DNA of 64,000 nt from an uncultured candidate division Zixibacteria bacterium (GTDB lineage: Bacteria > Zixibacteria > MSB-5A5 > RBG-16-43-9): assembly GCA_963713865.1 (NCBI GenBank), contig OY970208.1, positions 2,528,001 to 2,592,000 of the forward strand, written 5' to 3'. Shown here piece by piece: positions 40,228 through 49,960 of the stretch. The first letter of the stretch is position 1. Every line of letters starts with the position of its first letter. The notes under the pieces were generated by a model. It ran no database searches. It had not been told where the DNA came from and worked only from the letters and a program-made list of their open reading frames with translations. Both the position numbers and the translations under genes were made by a program.

Positions 40228-40376
40228 TTATCCTTAGTCACCTAATAAAATTTAACTAATCAATAAGTCTTGAGTGATAAACCAATTGAATTTTGATAGC
40301 CGTAGTGGCTGCCAGAATTAGTAATGCCTGTGACATGACAATATACTCCTTTGTTAAACTGAACCTGTGAATATAT

Positions 40377-41063
40377 TCATTTCCGTTTAGGCGCTCTCTT
40401 TTTTGCTTTAAGATGGTATTCTTCAACCAGCCATTCAAGCCAGTTTTTAAAACCCTCACCTGTTTTAGCTGAGAGCTTGATGGATGAAAGCCCTGGATTG
40501 ACTTTCCTGCTGTTTTGTAAAAGTGATTTCAGATTAATCTCCAGATAAGGCATAAGGTCAAGTTTGTTGATCAGCAGAAGATCTGAGTTCCGGAAAGCTA
40601 CGGGATATTTGCTGGGTTTATCTTCACCCTCAGTTAAACTCAAGACGATAATTTTTTTGTCCTCACCTAAATCGAATTCTGCCGGACAGATCAGATTACC
40701 AATATTTTCGATGAAGAGGATCTGCACCCCGGACAAATCCAGGCTCTCCACAGCTTTTTTCACCATATTGGCATCTAAATGGCATGCCCCTCCAAACGAT
40801 TCAGTGGTTATCTGAACTACCGGAATATCGTATCGGGCTAATCTCTCCGCATCTTTGGAAGTAGCCACATCTCCTTCAATCACCGCAAAATTAAAATCCT
40901 TTTTCAGTTTTTCTACGGTCCTCTCCAGGATCAAGGTTTTACCGGCGCCAGGGGAACTCATAAAATTCAATACCAGAATTCGCTTTTCATCGAAAACCTT
41001 TTTATTCCCTAAAGCGATGGTTTGGTTAGCTTTCAAAACATCAGTCAAGACTTGAACCTTCAT
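40377..41063 (-). CDS. hypB: Hydrogenase nickel-insertion GTPase
   Basis: SSPGAGKT, CHLDA, ENIGNLICP, EGEDKP.KYP, NKLD. Confidence 0.95.
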   Translation of the reverse strand: MKVQVLTDVLKANQTIALGNKKVFDEKRILVLNFMSSPGAGKTLILERTVEKLKKDFNFAVIEGDVATSKDAERLARYDIPVVQITTESFGGACHLDANMVKKAVESLDLSGVQILFIENIGNLICPAEFDLGEDKKIIVLSLTEGEDKPSKYPVAFRNSDLLLINKLDLMPYLEINLKSLLQNSRKVNPGLSSIKLSAKTGEGFKNWLEWLVEEYHLKAKKRAPKRK

Positions 41064-41093
41064 TTTTTCTCCTTTAGGCTGGGTAAATTTCCC

Positions 41094-41438
41094 CTACTCG
41101 ATTTCAAATGACTCTATGAAAAGCTCTCTCCCTGTCTTAATCTCTATCCTGAACGAACCACAAAAGGGGCAGGTGAAATCCATGACCTCAAGGCTGAGTT
41201 TTTTCTTACAATCTTTGCATTTCCCGGTTATTGGGACTGAATCAATCATAAGGGATGCTTTTTCTAAAGAGGACTCTTTTGATATAACTTCAAAAGATAA
41301 TCTCAATGCCTCGGGTTCCACGCTGGTAAGCTTCCCGATTTTCAGATTGATCCTGGTTACCTTCCCTTTATGGTTTTTTTTAGTCAATTTCTCTTCAATC
41401 ACTTTTATGATATTTTCCGCTACTGCCATCTCGTGCAT
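41094..41438 (-). CDS. hypA: Hydrogenase nickel chaperone
   Basis: MHE start, two CxxC, GRE. Confidence 0.95.
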   Translation of the reverse strand: MHEMAVAENIIKVIEEKLTKKNHKGKVTRINLKIGKLTSVEPEALRLSFEVISKESSLEKASLMIDSVPITGKCKDCKKKLSLEVMDFTCPFCGSFRIEIKTGRELFIESFEIE

Positions 41439-41448
41439 ACGATTTCCT

Positions 41449-42474
41449 TTAACAGATGCGCGGGAACTGCTCCCCTATGAGCATATCCACCACTCTGGTA
41501 CCGCCATATCTGGTCTTTAAACCCACCATCCCTATAAATTTGTCTGTTATCTCGCCGATGATTTCCGCCTTTTTCCCCAAAGGGTTCTTTCTTAGAATGT
41601 TCAGGATTTTTTCAGCTATTTGAGGTGCAATCACCATTATTACTTTCCCCTCATTCGCCAGATATAATGGGTCATACCCTAAAAGCTCGCAGAATCCTTT
41701 CACCTCCTCCCTGACCGGGATTTTCTCCTCAGATAAAAGGATCCCAAAATTTCCACCAGATACCATCTCATTTAACACCGTAGCTAAGCCGCCGCGAGTG
41801 GGATCTCGCATAAACTTTATCTTATCTTTGAATTTCAGGATTGAACCGATTAAATCCGAAAGGAAAGCGCAATCGCTTTTTACTTTGGTTTGAAATTCCA
41901 GGCCCGCTCTGGAGGAAAGAACGGCAGTGGCATGATCACCTATGGTCCCGTTGATTATGATTTTATCCCCGACTTTTATCTTCTCTTTGCTTAAATCAAT
42001 TCCCTTTGAAATTATTCCTATTCCTGAGGTATTTATAAAAATTTTATCCGCGCTTCCTTTTTCCACCACTTTAGTATCACCAGTTACAATTTGAACTCTG
42101 GCTTTTTGAGCAGTTTTTTTCATCGATAAAACGATTTTCTTTAAGATGCTTTTATCCAGCCCCTCCTCGATAATCAGAGAGCAAGATAAAAATAAAGGTT
42201 TTGCGCCCATTACCGAAAGGTCGTTTATGGTTCCGCAAACTGCCAATTTGCCAATATCCCCGCCCGGGAAAAAGATGGGCTGGATCACATAGGAATCTGT
42301 GGTGAAAGCTATTCTTTGTTCATTTAGACTAAAGACCGCCGAATCCTCCAATCTATTCAGGATTTTGTTTTTAAAGTTCTCTTTAAATAGATGAGAGATC
42401 AGTTCCAGGGAAAGCTTACCACCGGCACCATGGGAGAGGCTTATTTTTTCACCAGAATTGGACTTGGTAATCAT
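41449..42474 (-). CDS. hypE: Hydrogenase maturation protein
   Basis: HGAGG, TTDSYV, GDTKVV, RDPTRGG, terminal PRIC. Confidence 0.96.
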   Translation of the reverse strand: MITKSNSGEKISLSHGAGGKLSLELISHLFKENFKNKILNRLEDSAVFSLNEQRIAFTTDSYVIQPIFFPGGDIGKLAVCGTINDLSVMGAKPLFLSCSLIIEEGLDKSILKKIVLSMKKTAQKARVQIVTGDTKVVEKGSADKIFINTSGIGIISKGIDLSKEKIKVGDKIIINGTIGDHATAVLSSRAGLEFQTKVKSDCAFLSDLIGSILKFKDKIKFMRDPTRGGLATVLNEMVSGGNFGILLSEEKIPVREEVKGFCELLGYDPLYLANEGKVIMVIAPQIAEKILNILRKNPLGKKAEIIGEITDKFIGMVGLKTRYGGTRVVDMLIGEQFPRIC

Positions 42475-42476
42475 TT

Positions 42477-43595
42477 TTATTTCCCCTTTGACGATTTTTT
42501 TGGCCCATACTTAAAATAAGCCTGACAGGAACCTTCAGATGAAACCATACAAGGCCCGATTGGAGATTGAGGGGTGCATTTCCTTGCAAAAAAAGGACAA
42601 TCTAAAGGAGAGCTCTTTCCCTGAATAACCAATCCGCACAAGCAACCTTTAGGTTCTTGGCTTTTCTCAACTTGTACCTCTATTTCTTCCTGGGCATCGA
42701 ATTCCCGGTATACATTTTTGATTTTTAAACCGGAATTGGGGATGACACCTATCCCTCGCCAGACTGAATCTTCCTGCTCAAACACTTCTTCCATCAAATT
42801 CAGAGCCACCGGATTCCCTTCTTTCTTCACCGCTCGCGAATATTGATTATCGATTCTTGCCTTTTTATTTTTTAATCGATCTAATAAGATGTATATGGAT
42901 TGGAATAGATCCAGAGGTTCAAATCCGGAAATGACGCAGGGGATTTTAAATTCGTCCACTAAAAACTCATAAGGTTTAGTTCCGATAATGGTGCTAACAT
43001 GACCGGGACATATAAATCCATTCACTTTCAGGTCGTTTGATCGGGCTAAGAATCTCAAAGCCGGAGGGATTAATTTATGAGCTGTTAGAACGTAAAAATT
43101 CTTGATACTTTTAGTTTTCGCCTCCTTTAAGGCAAAAGCAACCGTGGGCGCAGTGGTCTCAAAGCCAACTCCCAAAAAAACCACTTCTTTATCCGGATTT
43201 TCTTTGGCAATTTTAAAGGCATCCAGAATGGAATAGACCATCCTTATATCTTTTCCCCTGGTTTTCTCCTTTTCCAGAGACGAGGAAGAACCCGGGACTT
43301 TCATCATATCCCCAAAGGTGGTGAGGATAAGGTCATCTAATCTGGACAGCGCTATGGCTCTGTCCAGATATGTGTTTGGCGTAACGCAAACCGGACATCC
43401 TGGTCCGGAGATCAATTTCACATTCTTAGGTAGAATGCTCTTTATCCCGGACTTGAAGATAGCTACCGTATGGGTTCCGCAAACCTCCATCAAGGTAATC
43501 TCTTCTTCAATTTCTTGAGCAATCTTTTTGATTTTTTCCGCTAAAATACGGGTTTTCTTTGAGTCCGAAAACCCGTTCAATAAATCTTTACTCAT
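42477..43595 (-). CDS. hypD: Hydrogenase maturation protein
   Basis: MEVCGTHT, GPGCPVC, GFETT, PGHVS, CMVSSEG. Confidence 0.96.
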   Translation of the reverse strand: MSKDLLNGFSDSKKTRILAEKIKKIAQEIEEEITLMEVCGTHTVAIFKSGIKSILPKNVKLISGPGCPVCVTPNTYLDRAIALSRLDDLILTTFGDMMKVPGSSSSLEKEKTRGKDIRMVYSILDAFKIAKENPDKEVVFLGVGFETTAPTVAFALKEAKTKSIKNFYVLTAHKLIPPALRFLARSNDLKVNGFICPGHVSTIIGTKPYEFLVDEFKIPCVISGFEPLDLFQSIYILLDRLKNKKARIDNQYSRAVKKEGNPVALNLMEEVFEQEDSVWRGIGVIPNSGLKIKNVYREFDAQEEIEVQVEKSQEPKGCLCGLVIQGKSSPLDCPFFARKCTPQSPIGPCMVSSEGSCQAYFKYGPKKSSKGK

Positions 43596-43812
43596 TTCCA
43601 ATTGCTTCAAGCTCGTCAAATAGTTTTAAAGTCTTTAAAGCTTCTTTTCGATCTAATTTCTGAATGGCAAATCCTGCATGCAGGACCACATAATCCCCGA
43701 CTTTAACCTTATCCAGAAGCTCTAAGCTGATTTTTCTTTTAATCCCCTTAAACTCTGCTATTCCTTCCTTCTTATTTTTCTGAATGATTTTTACCGGAAC
43801 TCCTAAACACAT
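43588..43812 (-). CDS. hypC: Hydrogenase assembly chaperone
   Basis: MCLGVP start, VGDYVVLHAGFA. Confidence 0.95.
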   Translation of the reverse strand: MCLGVPVKIIQKNKKEGIAEFKGIKRKISLELLDKVKVGDYVVLHAGFAIQKLDRKEALKTLKLFDELEAIGNE

Positions 43813-43813
43813 A

Positions 43814-46081
43814 TCAAATCCTCTGATTTGCAATTACGGCTTGTCCCAAAGATATACCCCCGTCATTAGGGGGAACCTGGTGATGAGTGTAAACTTTGAA
43901 TTTGTTTTTGTTCAAAAGACCATGAGTTCGATCTAACATAAACATATTCTGAAAAACTCCGCCGGATAAGCATACCAGATTCAGGTTATGCTCTTTCCTT
44001 AATCTTAAACAAACCTCATTTATCATCCGAGCTACAGTATTATGGAACTTAGCAGCAATTATTGAATTTTCCTCTTTCTTTATTAAATCTCTTACGATCC
44101 CTTTTATAGTAAGCTCTGGGTCAATAATAAATATATCCTTTTCCTTCGTTATTTCAAAGAGGTATTTCCCTTTAACCTTTTCATCTGACATCATCTCCAG
44201 CTCAACGGCTGGCTGACCTTCATAGTTAGTCCTCTCCCTCCATCTCAATAGAACTGAAACCGCATCGAATAGCCTGCCGGCGCTGGAGGTAGGGTAAAGG
44301 TTAATTCTCTGGTCTAACATCTTCTTTATTACTGCCCATTTGTTTAGGTTGATTTTTTTAACAAATTCTAAATCCAGATTCAAAAAATCTGCTCCATAGC
44401 AAGCATATAAATAGGATACAGCCATCCTCCAGGGTTTTTTAATAGCCATTTCTCCTCCAGGCATAGGAACATATTTGAGATGAGCCACCCTCTGGTAACC
44501 TTTCAAATCTGTTAAAAGGAACTCTCCACCCCAAACAGCTTTATCCTCTCCATAACCAGTTCCGTCAAAGGCAACACCGATCACTTTCTGGCTGATTTTG
44601 TTTTCAGCCATACAGCTTACGATATGAGCATGATGATGCTGAACCGGAATTTTTTTGACATTACCTAAAGACAGAGCGTATTTGGTGGAGAGATATTCCG
44701 GGTGCAAATCATAGACTATAATTTCTGGTTTAACTGAACAGAGCTTTTTAAACCTCTCGATCTCTTTAATATAAAAGTCTAAAGTCTCATAGTTTTCCAG
44801 ATCCCCTATATGAGTACTCAGGAAGGCTAAATTGTTCCTGGCTAAGCAGAAAGTGTTTTTGAGCTGGGCACCCAAGGCTAAAACATGTTTTCGAAAATCA
44901 AAATCCACTTTTAGGGGAGAAGGGACATATCCCCTTGCTCTTCGTAAAAGTATCTCCTCTCCCTTCCAGACTTTGCTCACCGAATCATCACAGCGTCTAT
45001 AAATCTCTCGATTGTGAATTAGAAAATAATCAGCGATAGTATTCAATCTTTGAAAAACATCGTCGTTTTCGAAACAGATAGGTTCGTCCGATTGATTTCC
45101 TGAAGTCATAACCAGAATCAGATTCGACTTTTTAAGCAGGAGATGATGCAGGGGGGAATAAGGAAGCATCACTCCCCAGTATTTTTGAAGAGGTGCGACC
45201 TCTGGTGCGATTATTTTTACGTTTTTCTTTTTCAAGAGTAAAATTGGACGGATAACAGATTGCAGTAGTCTTTCTTCCGCTGGATTAACCTTACAAAATC
45301 TCCGGATAGTTTCTAAATCTTTAGCCATCATCGCAAAGGGCTTGTCCTCTCTATATTTTCTTTTTCTTAAATTGGAAACTGCATCCTCATTGGCAGCGTC
45401 GCAGGTTAAATGATACCCGCCGATCCCTTTTATAGCTACGATATGACCTCTCTTGAGAAGTTCAATCGTGGAGACTACTGGGTCTTTGGTGGTTTGTAGC
45501 TTCTTCTTGTTATCCATCAAGGCCAAGTACGGTCCGCAAACCGGACAGGCATTGGGCTGGGCGTGAAATCTCCTGTCCTGAGGACTATGGTATTCGCTTT
45601 CACAATCCGGACACATTTTGAAAGCAGACATCGTGGTTTTATCTCTGTCATAGGGGATATCTTGAATGATGGTCACTCTGGGTCCGCAGTTAGTGCAGTT
45701 CAAAAAAGGGTAACCAAACCTTCGATCCTGAGGATTAAAAAGTTCATTTAGACAATCATCGCAGGTGGCTAAATCCGGGGATACAAAAACGGTTTTAATA
45801 TGCTTATTTACACTTTCCCGGATTACAAAATTCTGGTAATTATGATATGGGATTTTCCTGATTTTGACCTGTTCTATCCGGGACTGGGGAGGGGGCGAAG
45901 CTTTCACATGAAGCAAGAATTCATTAATAGCTTTCTTTTTACCCTCTACCTCAATCTCAACCCCCGCGGTATCATTCAAAACATAACCGCGTAGGTTATA
46001 CTTATGGGCTAAGTTATAAATAAAAGGTCTAAAACCCACCCCCTGAACAATCCCTTTTATTTCAATCCTTAAACCCTGCAT
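43814..46081 (-). CDS. hypF: Carbamoyltransferase
   Basis: GIVQGVGFRP, Zn fingers, KGIGGYHL, QHHHAH, PPNDGGISLGQ. Confidence 0.96.
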   Translation of the reverse strand: MQGLRIEIKGIVQGVGFRPFIYNLAHKYNLRGYVLNDTAGVEIEVEGKKKAINEFLLHVKASPPPQSRIEQVKIRKIPYHNYQNFVIRESVNKHIKTVFVSPDLATCDDCLNELFNPQDRRFGYPFLNCTNCGPRVTIIQDIPYDRDKTTMSAFKMCPDCESEYHSPQDRRFHAQPNACPVCGPYLALMDNKKKLQTTKDPVVSTIELLKRGHIVAIKGIGGYHLTCDAANEDAVSNLRKRKYREDKPFAMMAKDLETIRRFCKVNPAEERLLQSVIRPILLLKKKNVKIIAPEVAPLQKYWGVMLPYSPLHHLLLKKSNLILVMTSGNQSDEPICFENDDVFQRLNTIADYFLIHNREIYRRCDDSVSKVWKGEEILLRRARGYVPSPLKVDFDFRKHVLALGAQLKNTFCLARNNLAFLSTHIGDLENYETLDFYIKEIERFKKLCSVKPEIIVYDLHPEYLSTKYALSLGNVKKIPVQHHHAHIVSCMAENKISQKVIGVAFDGTGYGEDKAVWGGEFLLTDLKGYQRVAHLKYVPMPGGEMAIKKPWRMAVSYLYACYGADFLNLDLEFVKKINLNKWAVIKKMLDQRINLYPTSSAGRLFDAVSVLLRWRERTNYEGQPAVELEMMSDEKVKGKYLFEITKEKDIFIIDPELTIKGIVRDLIKKEENSIIAAKFHNTVARMINEVCLRLRKEHNLNLVCLSGGVFQNMFMLDRTHGLLNKNKFKVYTHHQVPPNDGGISLGQAVIANQRI

Positions 46082-46189
46082 TTGTCAAAGATTAAATATA
46101 CTTAGAAAAAAATCTCTATCGTTAATAAATCCCATTACAACCCTTTTCTATTTATAATATACATTATTGATACGATTTGTCCTAATATA

Positions 46190-46207
46190 TTGTTATTTTT
46201 TTCACAA
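46190..46207. promoter_or_regulatory. Degenerate Rex-like operator upstream of hypF
   Basis: TTGTTATTTTTTTCACAA, 2 mismatches to TTGTGAA-N4-TTCACAA. Confidence 0.5.
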
Positions 46208-46310
46208 TCTCAATTTCACAAACAGGACATTATAGATTATATAGCTCCTGTTTATCCTCGTTTTAATTAACAAAAAAAGACTATCTCGCTCATTTAACTT
46301 AAGATTTTTC

Positions 46311-46338
46311 TTGACAAGCTCTGAACGACATATATAAT
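46311..46338 (+). promoter_or_regulatory. sigma70 promoter of the hydrogenase operon
   Basis: TTGACA-16 nt-TATAAT. Confidence 0.7.
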
Positions 46339-46339
46339 A

Positions 46340-46357
46340 TTGTGAAATGATTCACAA
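46340..46357. promoter_or_regulatory. Rex-type operator (also fits the CRP/FNR-family box)
   Basis: TTGTGAAATGATTCACAA, exact TTGTGAA-N4-TTCACAA, directly after the -10. Confidence 0.75.
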
Positions 46358-46417
46358 TATGACTTTTGATTTTGTAGAATATTTTTAACAATTAAAACCA
46401 AACCTATGGAGGTCTTT

Positions 46418-47401
46418 ATGGATCTTTCCCGTCGGAAGTTCCTGAAGTTAGTCGGGGGGTCTGCAGTCGGTGTAGGTCTTTCCAATATCTGGCTGCCGAA
46501 GGTAGTTCAGGCACTGGTAGAAAAGTCCGGTAACCCGCCCGTTATCTGGCTTCAAGGACAAAGTTGTAGCGGTTGTTCTGTTTCAACACTGAATACGGTT
46601 TACCCTGATATTGCCAAAGTTCTAACTGAGATTATCAGCCTGGAATTTCACCCCACAGTAATGGCATCAGCCGGGGACCCGGCTTTGAAGATATTAGAGG
46701 ATGCTATGACCAATCAGGCAGGTAAATACTTCCTGGTGGTCGAAGGTTCTGTACCTACACTGGGTGGCGGAGCCTATTGCACTGTAGGCGAAAACTTAGA
46801 TAAACCCGTAACGGTTGAGGAATGGACCAAAAAGTTAGGATCACAAGCCAAAGCCATTTTGAATGTCGGAACCTGCTCTTCCTTTGGCGGCATACCAGCT
46901 GGCCAGCCAAACCCAACTGGTGCTAAAAAGGTAGGTGATATCCTTCCCGGTAAAACTATGATTAACCTGCCGGGTTGCCCGCCTCATCCTGACTGGATAA
47001 TTGGTACTATAGCCCATGTCCTTTTGTTCGGGATACCGGAACTGGATGAAAACCTCCGTCCCAAGGTCTTCTATTCCAAAGTAATCCATGAAAACTGCGA
47101 AAGGAGATCCTATTTCGAACAAGGGGTTTTTGCTTCCGATTACAGCGAAGAAGGTTGTATGTACCAGTTAGGCTGTAAAGGACCGGTAAGCCATTGCGAT
47201 GTCTCTATTAGAGGATGGAACAACGGAGTGAACTGGTGCGTCAGAAGCGGCAGCCCTTGTATCGGCTGTACTGAGCCCGATTATCCTGATTTCTCCGGTG
47301 GCGGACTTTACGGTGTTTTAGACAAATCCTCCATTTTGAACATCCCCTGGAACAAGGCAGATAAAGATAAAGCCAAACAAACCTCAACTCGTCTATCTTA
47401 A
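46418..47401 (+). CDS. Group 1 [NiFe] hydrogenase small subunit, Tat-exported
   Basis: SRRKFLK, CSGC, GTCSSFGG, PGCPP, HENC, GCKGP, WCV..PCIGC; no C-terminal TM. Confidence 0.95.
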   Translation: MDLSRRKFLKLVGGSAVGVGLSNIWLPKVVQALVEKSGNPPVIWLQGQSCSGCSVSTLNTVYPDIAKVLTEIISLEFHPTVMASAGDPALKILEDAMTNQAGKYFLVVEGSVPTLGGGAYCTVGENLDKPVTVEEWTKKLGSQAKAILNVGTCSSFGGIPAGQPNPTGAKKVGDILPGKTMINLPGCPPHPDWIIGTIAHVLLFGIPELDENLRPKVFYSKVIHENCERRSYFEQGVFASDYSEEGCMYQLGCKGPVSHCDVSIRGWNNGVNWCVRSGSPCIGCTEPDYPDFSGGGLYGVLDKSSILNIPWNKADKDKAKQTSTRLS

Positions 47402-47419
47402 TAGAAAGGAAGGAATAAA

Positions 47420-48979
47420 ATGTCAAATAAAAAAATCGTAATCGATCCCGTTACTCGAATAGAGGGTCACTTAAAGATAGAGGTAGAGGTAAATGACGGC
47501 AAGATCACCGATGCCAAAAGCTCAGGCGAGATGTTCCGGGGCTGGGAGGTGATCTTAAAAGGGAGAAATCCGGTCGACGCCCAGATGATTACCCAGAGGA
47601 TTTGCGGAGTCTGTCCCTCTGCTCACGCCCAGGCATCAACCCTGTGCCTGGATAATGCCTTCGGAATCAACCCACCTGAAAACGGCATGCTGATTCGAAA
47701 TCTGGTCTTCGGCGCAAATTTTATCCAGTCCCATATCCTGCATTTCTATCATTTAGCCGCTCTGGATTTTGTGGACATAACTGCCATACTGAAATATACC
47801 GGTAAAGATCCCGGCCTGAACAGGCTCAAAGACTGGGCTAAAAATGAGTTAGATTCACAGAGACCGACTGCGGTTGCCCCTTTCCTGCCCCGGTATAAAG
47901 GAGATTATATTGCGGATACAGATGCGAACATCCAGGCTATAGCTCATTACGTTAAAGCCCTGGATATGAGGAAAAAAGCTCATGAGATGCTCTGCATCTT
48001 CGGTGGAAGGATGCCCCATGAAATAGCGATTATGCCCGGTGGAGCTTGCGAAAAACCGACAGTGGACAAGATCACCGAATACCTTTACCGCATGAAAGAG
48101 ATACAGACTTTCATCGACAACTGCTATATCCCGGACGTAATTGCTGTGGCAAAGTCCCATCCCCAGTATTTTGAGATCGGCAAGGGATGTGGCAATCTCC
48201 TTGCTTACGGAGTGTTCGAGGAGAAGGTGGATGGAAGCAAAAAATACATATCCGCCGGAACCTACATCGATGGTAAGTTAGGGGAATTGAACCCTGATAA
48301 GATCGCAGAATTTGTGAAATACTCGAAATTCTCCTCAGGCACCGGACTTCACCCTTCAAAAGGTGAAACAATACCAGCCCCGGATAAGAAAAAAGCCTAT
48401 TCCTGGATAAAATCTCCCAGATATGATGGAAAACCGATGGAAGTGGGACCTATGGCCAGAATGGCTATAAACCATCTCCAGGGGGAAAATCCAAAACTTT
48501 CCAGGCTGGTAAACGATACCTTGAATACCTTCAACGCCCCGGTAACCGCCTTATTTTCCGTTTTAGGACGTCATGCTGCCAGAGCCCTGGAGTGCAAGTT
48601 AGTCGCAGATAAGTGTGCTGAGTTGGTGATGCAGCTCGACCCCTCCAAACCAGTTCACACTAAATTCGAAATACCAGAGCAAAGCATGGGTATGGGTCTA
48701 ACTGATGCAGCAAGAGGAGCGTTAGGTCACTGGATATCGATCAAAGGGAAAAAGATAGACAACTACCAGGCAGTAGTTCCCACTACCTGGAATGCCAGCC
48801 CCCGGGATGATAAGAACATACCCGGACCAATCGAACAGGCTCTGATCGGAACTCCTGTGGCTGATCCGGATAATCCGATTGAGCCTTTAAGAGTGGTCAG
48901 ATCCTTTGACCCCTGTCTTGCCTGTGCCATTCATATACTCGAACCCAAGAAGGACGTGAAGAAGTTCCGGGTTATATAG
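47420..48979 (+). CDS. Group 1 [NiFe] hydrogenase large subunit
   Basis: TRIEGH, L1 QRICGVCPSAH, L2 RSFDPCLACAIH plus cleavable tail. Confidence 0.95.
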   Translation: MSNKKIVIDPVTRIEGHLKIEVEVNDGKITDAKSSGEMFRGWEVILKGRNPVDAQMITQRICGVCPSAHAQASTLCLDNAFGINPPENGMLIRNLVFGANFIQSHILHFYHLAALDFVDITAILKYTGKDPGLNRLKDWAKNELDSQRPTAVAPFLPRYKGDYIADTDANIQAIAHYVKALDMRKKAHEMLCIFGGRMPHEIAIMPGGACEKPTVDKITEYLYRMKEIQTFIDNCYIPDVIAVAKSHPQYFEIGKGCGNLLAYGVFEEKVDGSKKYISAGTYIDGKLGELNPDKIAEFVKYSKFSSGTGLHPSKGETIPAPDKKKAYSWIKSPRYDGKPMEVGPMARMAINHLQGENPKLSRLVNDTLNTFNAPVTALFSVLGRHAARALECKLVADKCAELVMQLDPSKPVHTKFEIPEQSMGMGLTDAARGALGHWISIKGKKIDNYQAVVPTTWNASPRDDKNIPGPIEQALIGTPVADPDNPIEPLRVVRSFDPCLACAIHILEPKKDVKKFRVI

Positions 48980-48993
48980 TAGAAACTATCTGT

Positions 48994-49029
48994 AAACAGG
49001 GGATCTGAAATCAGATCCCCTGTTTTTTT
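48994..49029 (+). terminator. Rho-independent terminator/attenuator after the large subunit
   Basis: aaacaggggatctga-aa-tcagatcccctgttt followed by a T run. Confidence 0.8.
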
Positions 49030-49032
49030 CCT

Positions 49033-49494
49033 ATGAAAGTGAAAAAGAAAATTTTAATAGCCGGTGTGGGAAACCTTCTTTTTACGGATGAAGGTATAGG
49101 CGTTCATATCATAAAGGAGCTCTCTGAGATAGATTTGCCAGAATATGTAGAATTAGCCGAAATCGGAACAGCCACCTTCGAGCTTTTTAGATTTATGGAG
49201 GGGAAGGATAAAGTGATAATCATCGATGCTATCATCTCGAATGAGTTACCTGGAACTGTTTACAAACTTACCCCGGACGAGCTGAAAAAAGAGAAAACAA
49301 AATTTTTAACCTCCCTGCACCAATATGGAATACTGGATGCCCTAAAATCCTCCGCCCAGATAGGTAACAAGCCTGATACCATAATTTTCGGGATAACGCC
49401 AAAAGATTATAAAACCTTAGGCACCGAACTTACCCCCGAATTAAAGAGGTCGATTCAGAAGATTATCAAGATAATTTTGAAAGAAATAAAATAA
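49033..49494 (+). CDS. Hydrogenase maturation endopeptidase (HyaD/HybD family)
   Basis: GVGNLLFTDEGIG, IIIDA, SLHQ. Confidence 0.92.
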   Translation: MKVKKKILIAGVGNLLFTDEGIGVHIIKELSEIDLPEYVELAEIGTATFELFRFMEGKDKVIIIDAIISNELPGTVYKLTPDELKKEKTKFLTSLHQYGILDALKSSAQIGNKPDTIIFGITPKDYKTLGTELTPELKRSIQKIIKIILKEIK

Positions 49495-49862
49495 AAGCTT
49501 TCTTCCTGAAAATCCTTCTTTTCTACAGTGTAATTATTACTATCCTAAAAATAAAAAACAAAGAGGCTGGGATTCTTCTGTTAGCGTTCGTGTAAGTCTC
49601 TATCCGTCTTTCAATTATCTGATAACCTTTTGTTACACTTGAAGTTTCATTTTTTGTTTCTTTTTGTTTGTTTTTGTCTCTTTTTATCTATTTATACTTT
49701 GTTCGGTCACAAAATCTAAACAAAAATATATTCAACATCTATTTTATTAATCAGAACATAAAGAACCATTTATCTTCCTTGAACAACAGTTTCCCCTTCT
49801 TAATATACTTAACTAATAGGTACATATCTTAGAATGCAGCCAGTGCAGGACAGGGCTGTCTA

Positions 49863-49959
49863 AGATGGTAGGGATTCAAAATTTTGAATCCCTACCATCT
49901 CCAAACTCCAAACTGTTTTTCAGTCCCGCCTGCGGCGGGATTTCCCCGATTTATCGGGG
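49863..49959. repeat. Perfect 38-bp palindrome plus two GC-rich mini-palindromes
   Basis: agatggtagggattcaaaa|ttttgaatccctaccatct; tcccgcctgcggcggga; ccccgatttatcgggg. Confidence 0.88.
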
Positions 49960-49960
49960 C

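Noticed and set aside
48908-48933. Selenocysteine in the hydrogenase L2 motif
   Set aside because: The codon is TGT (Cys); there is no in-frame TGA.
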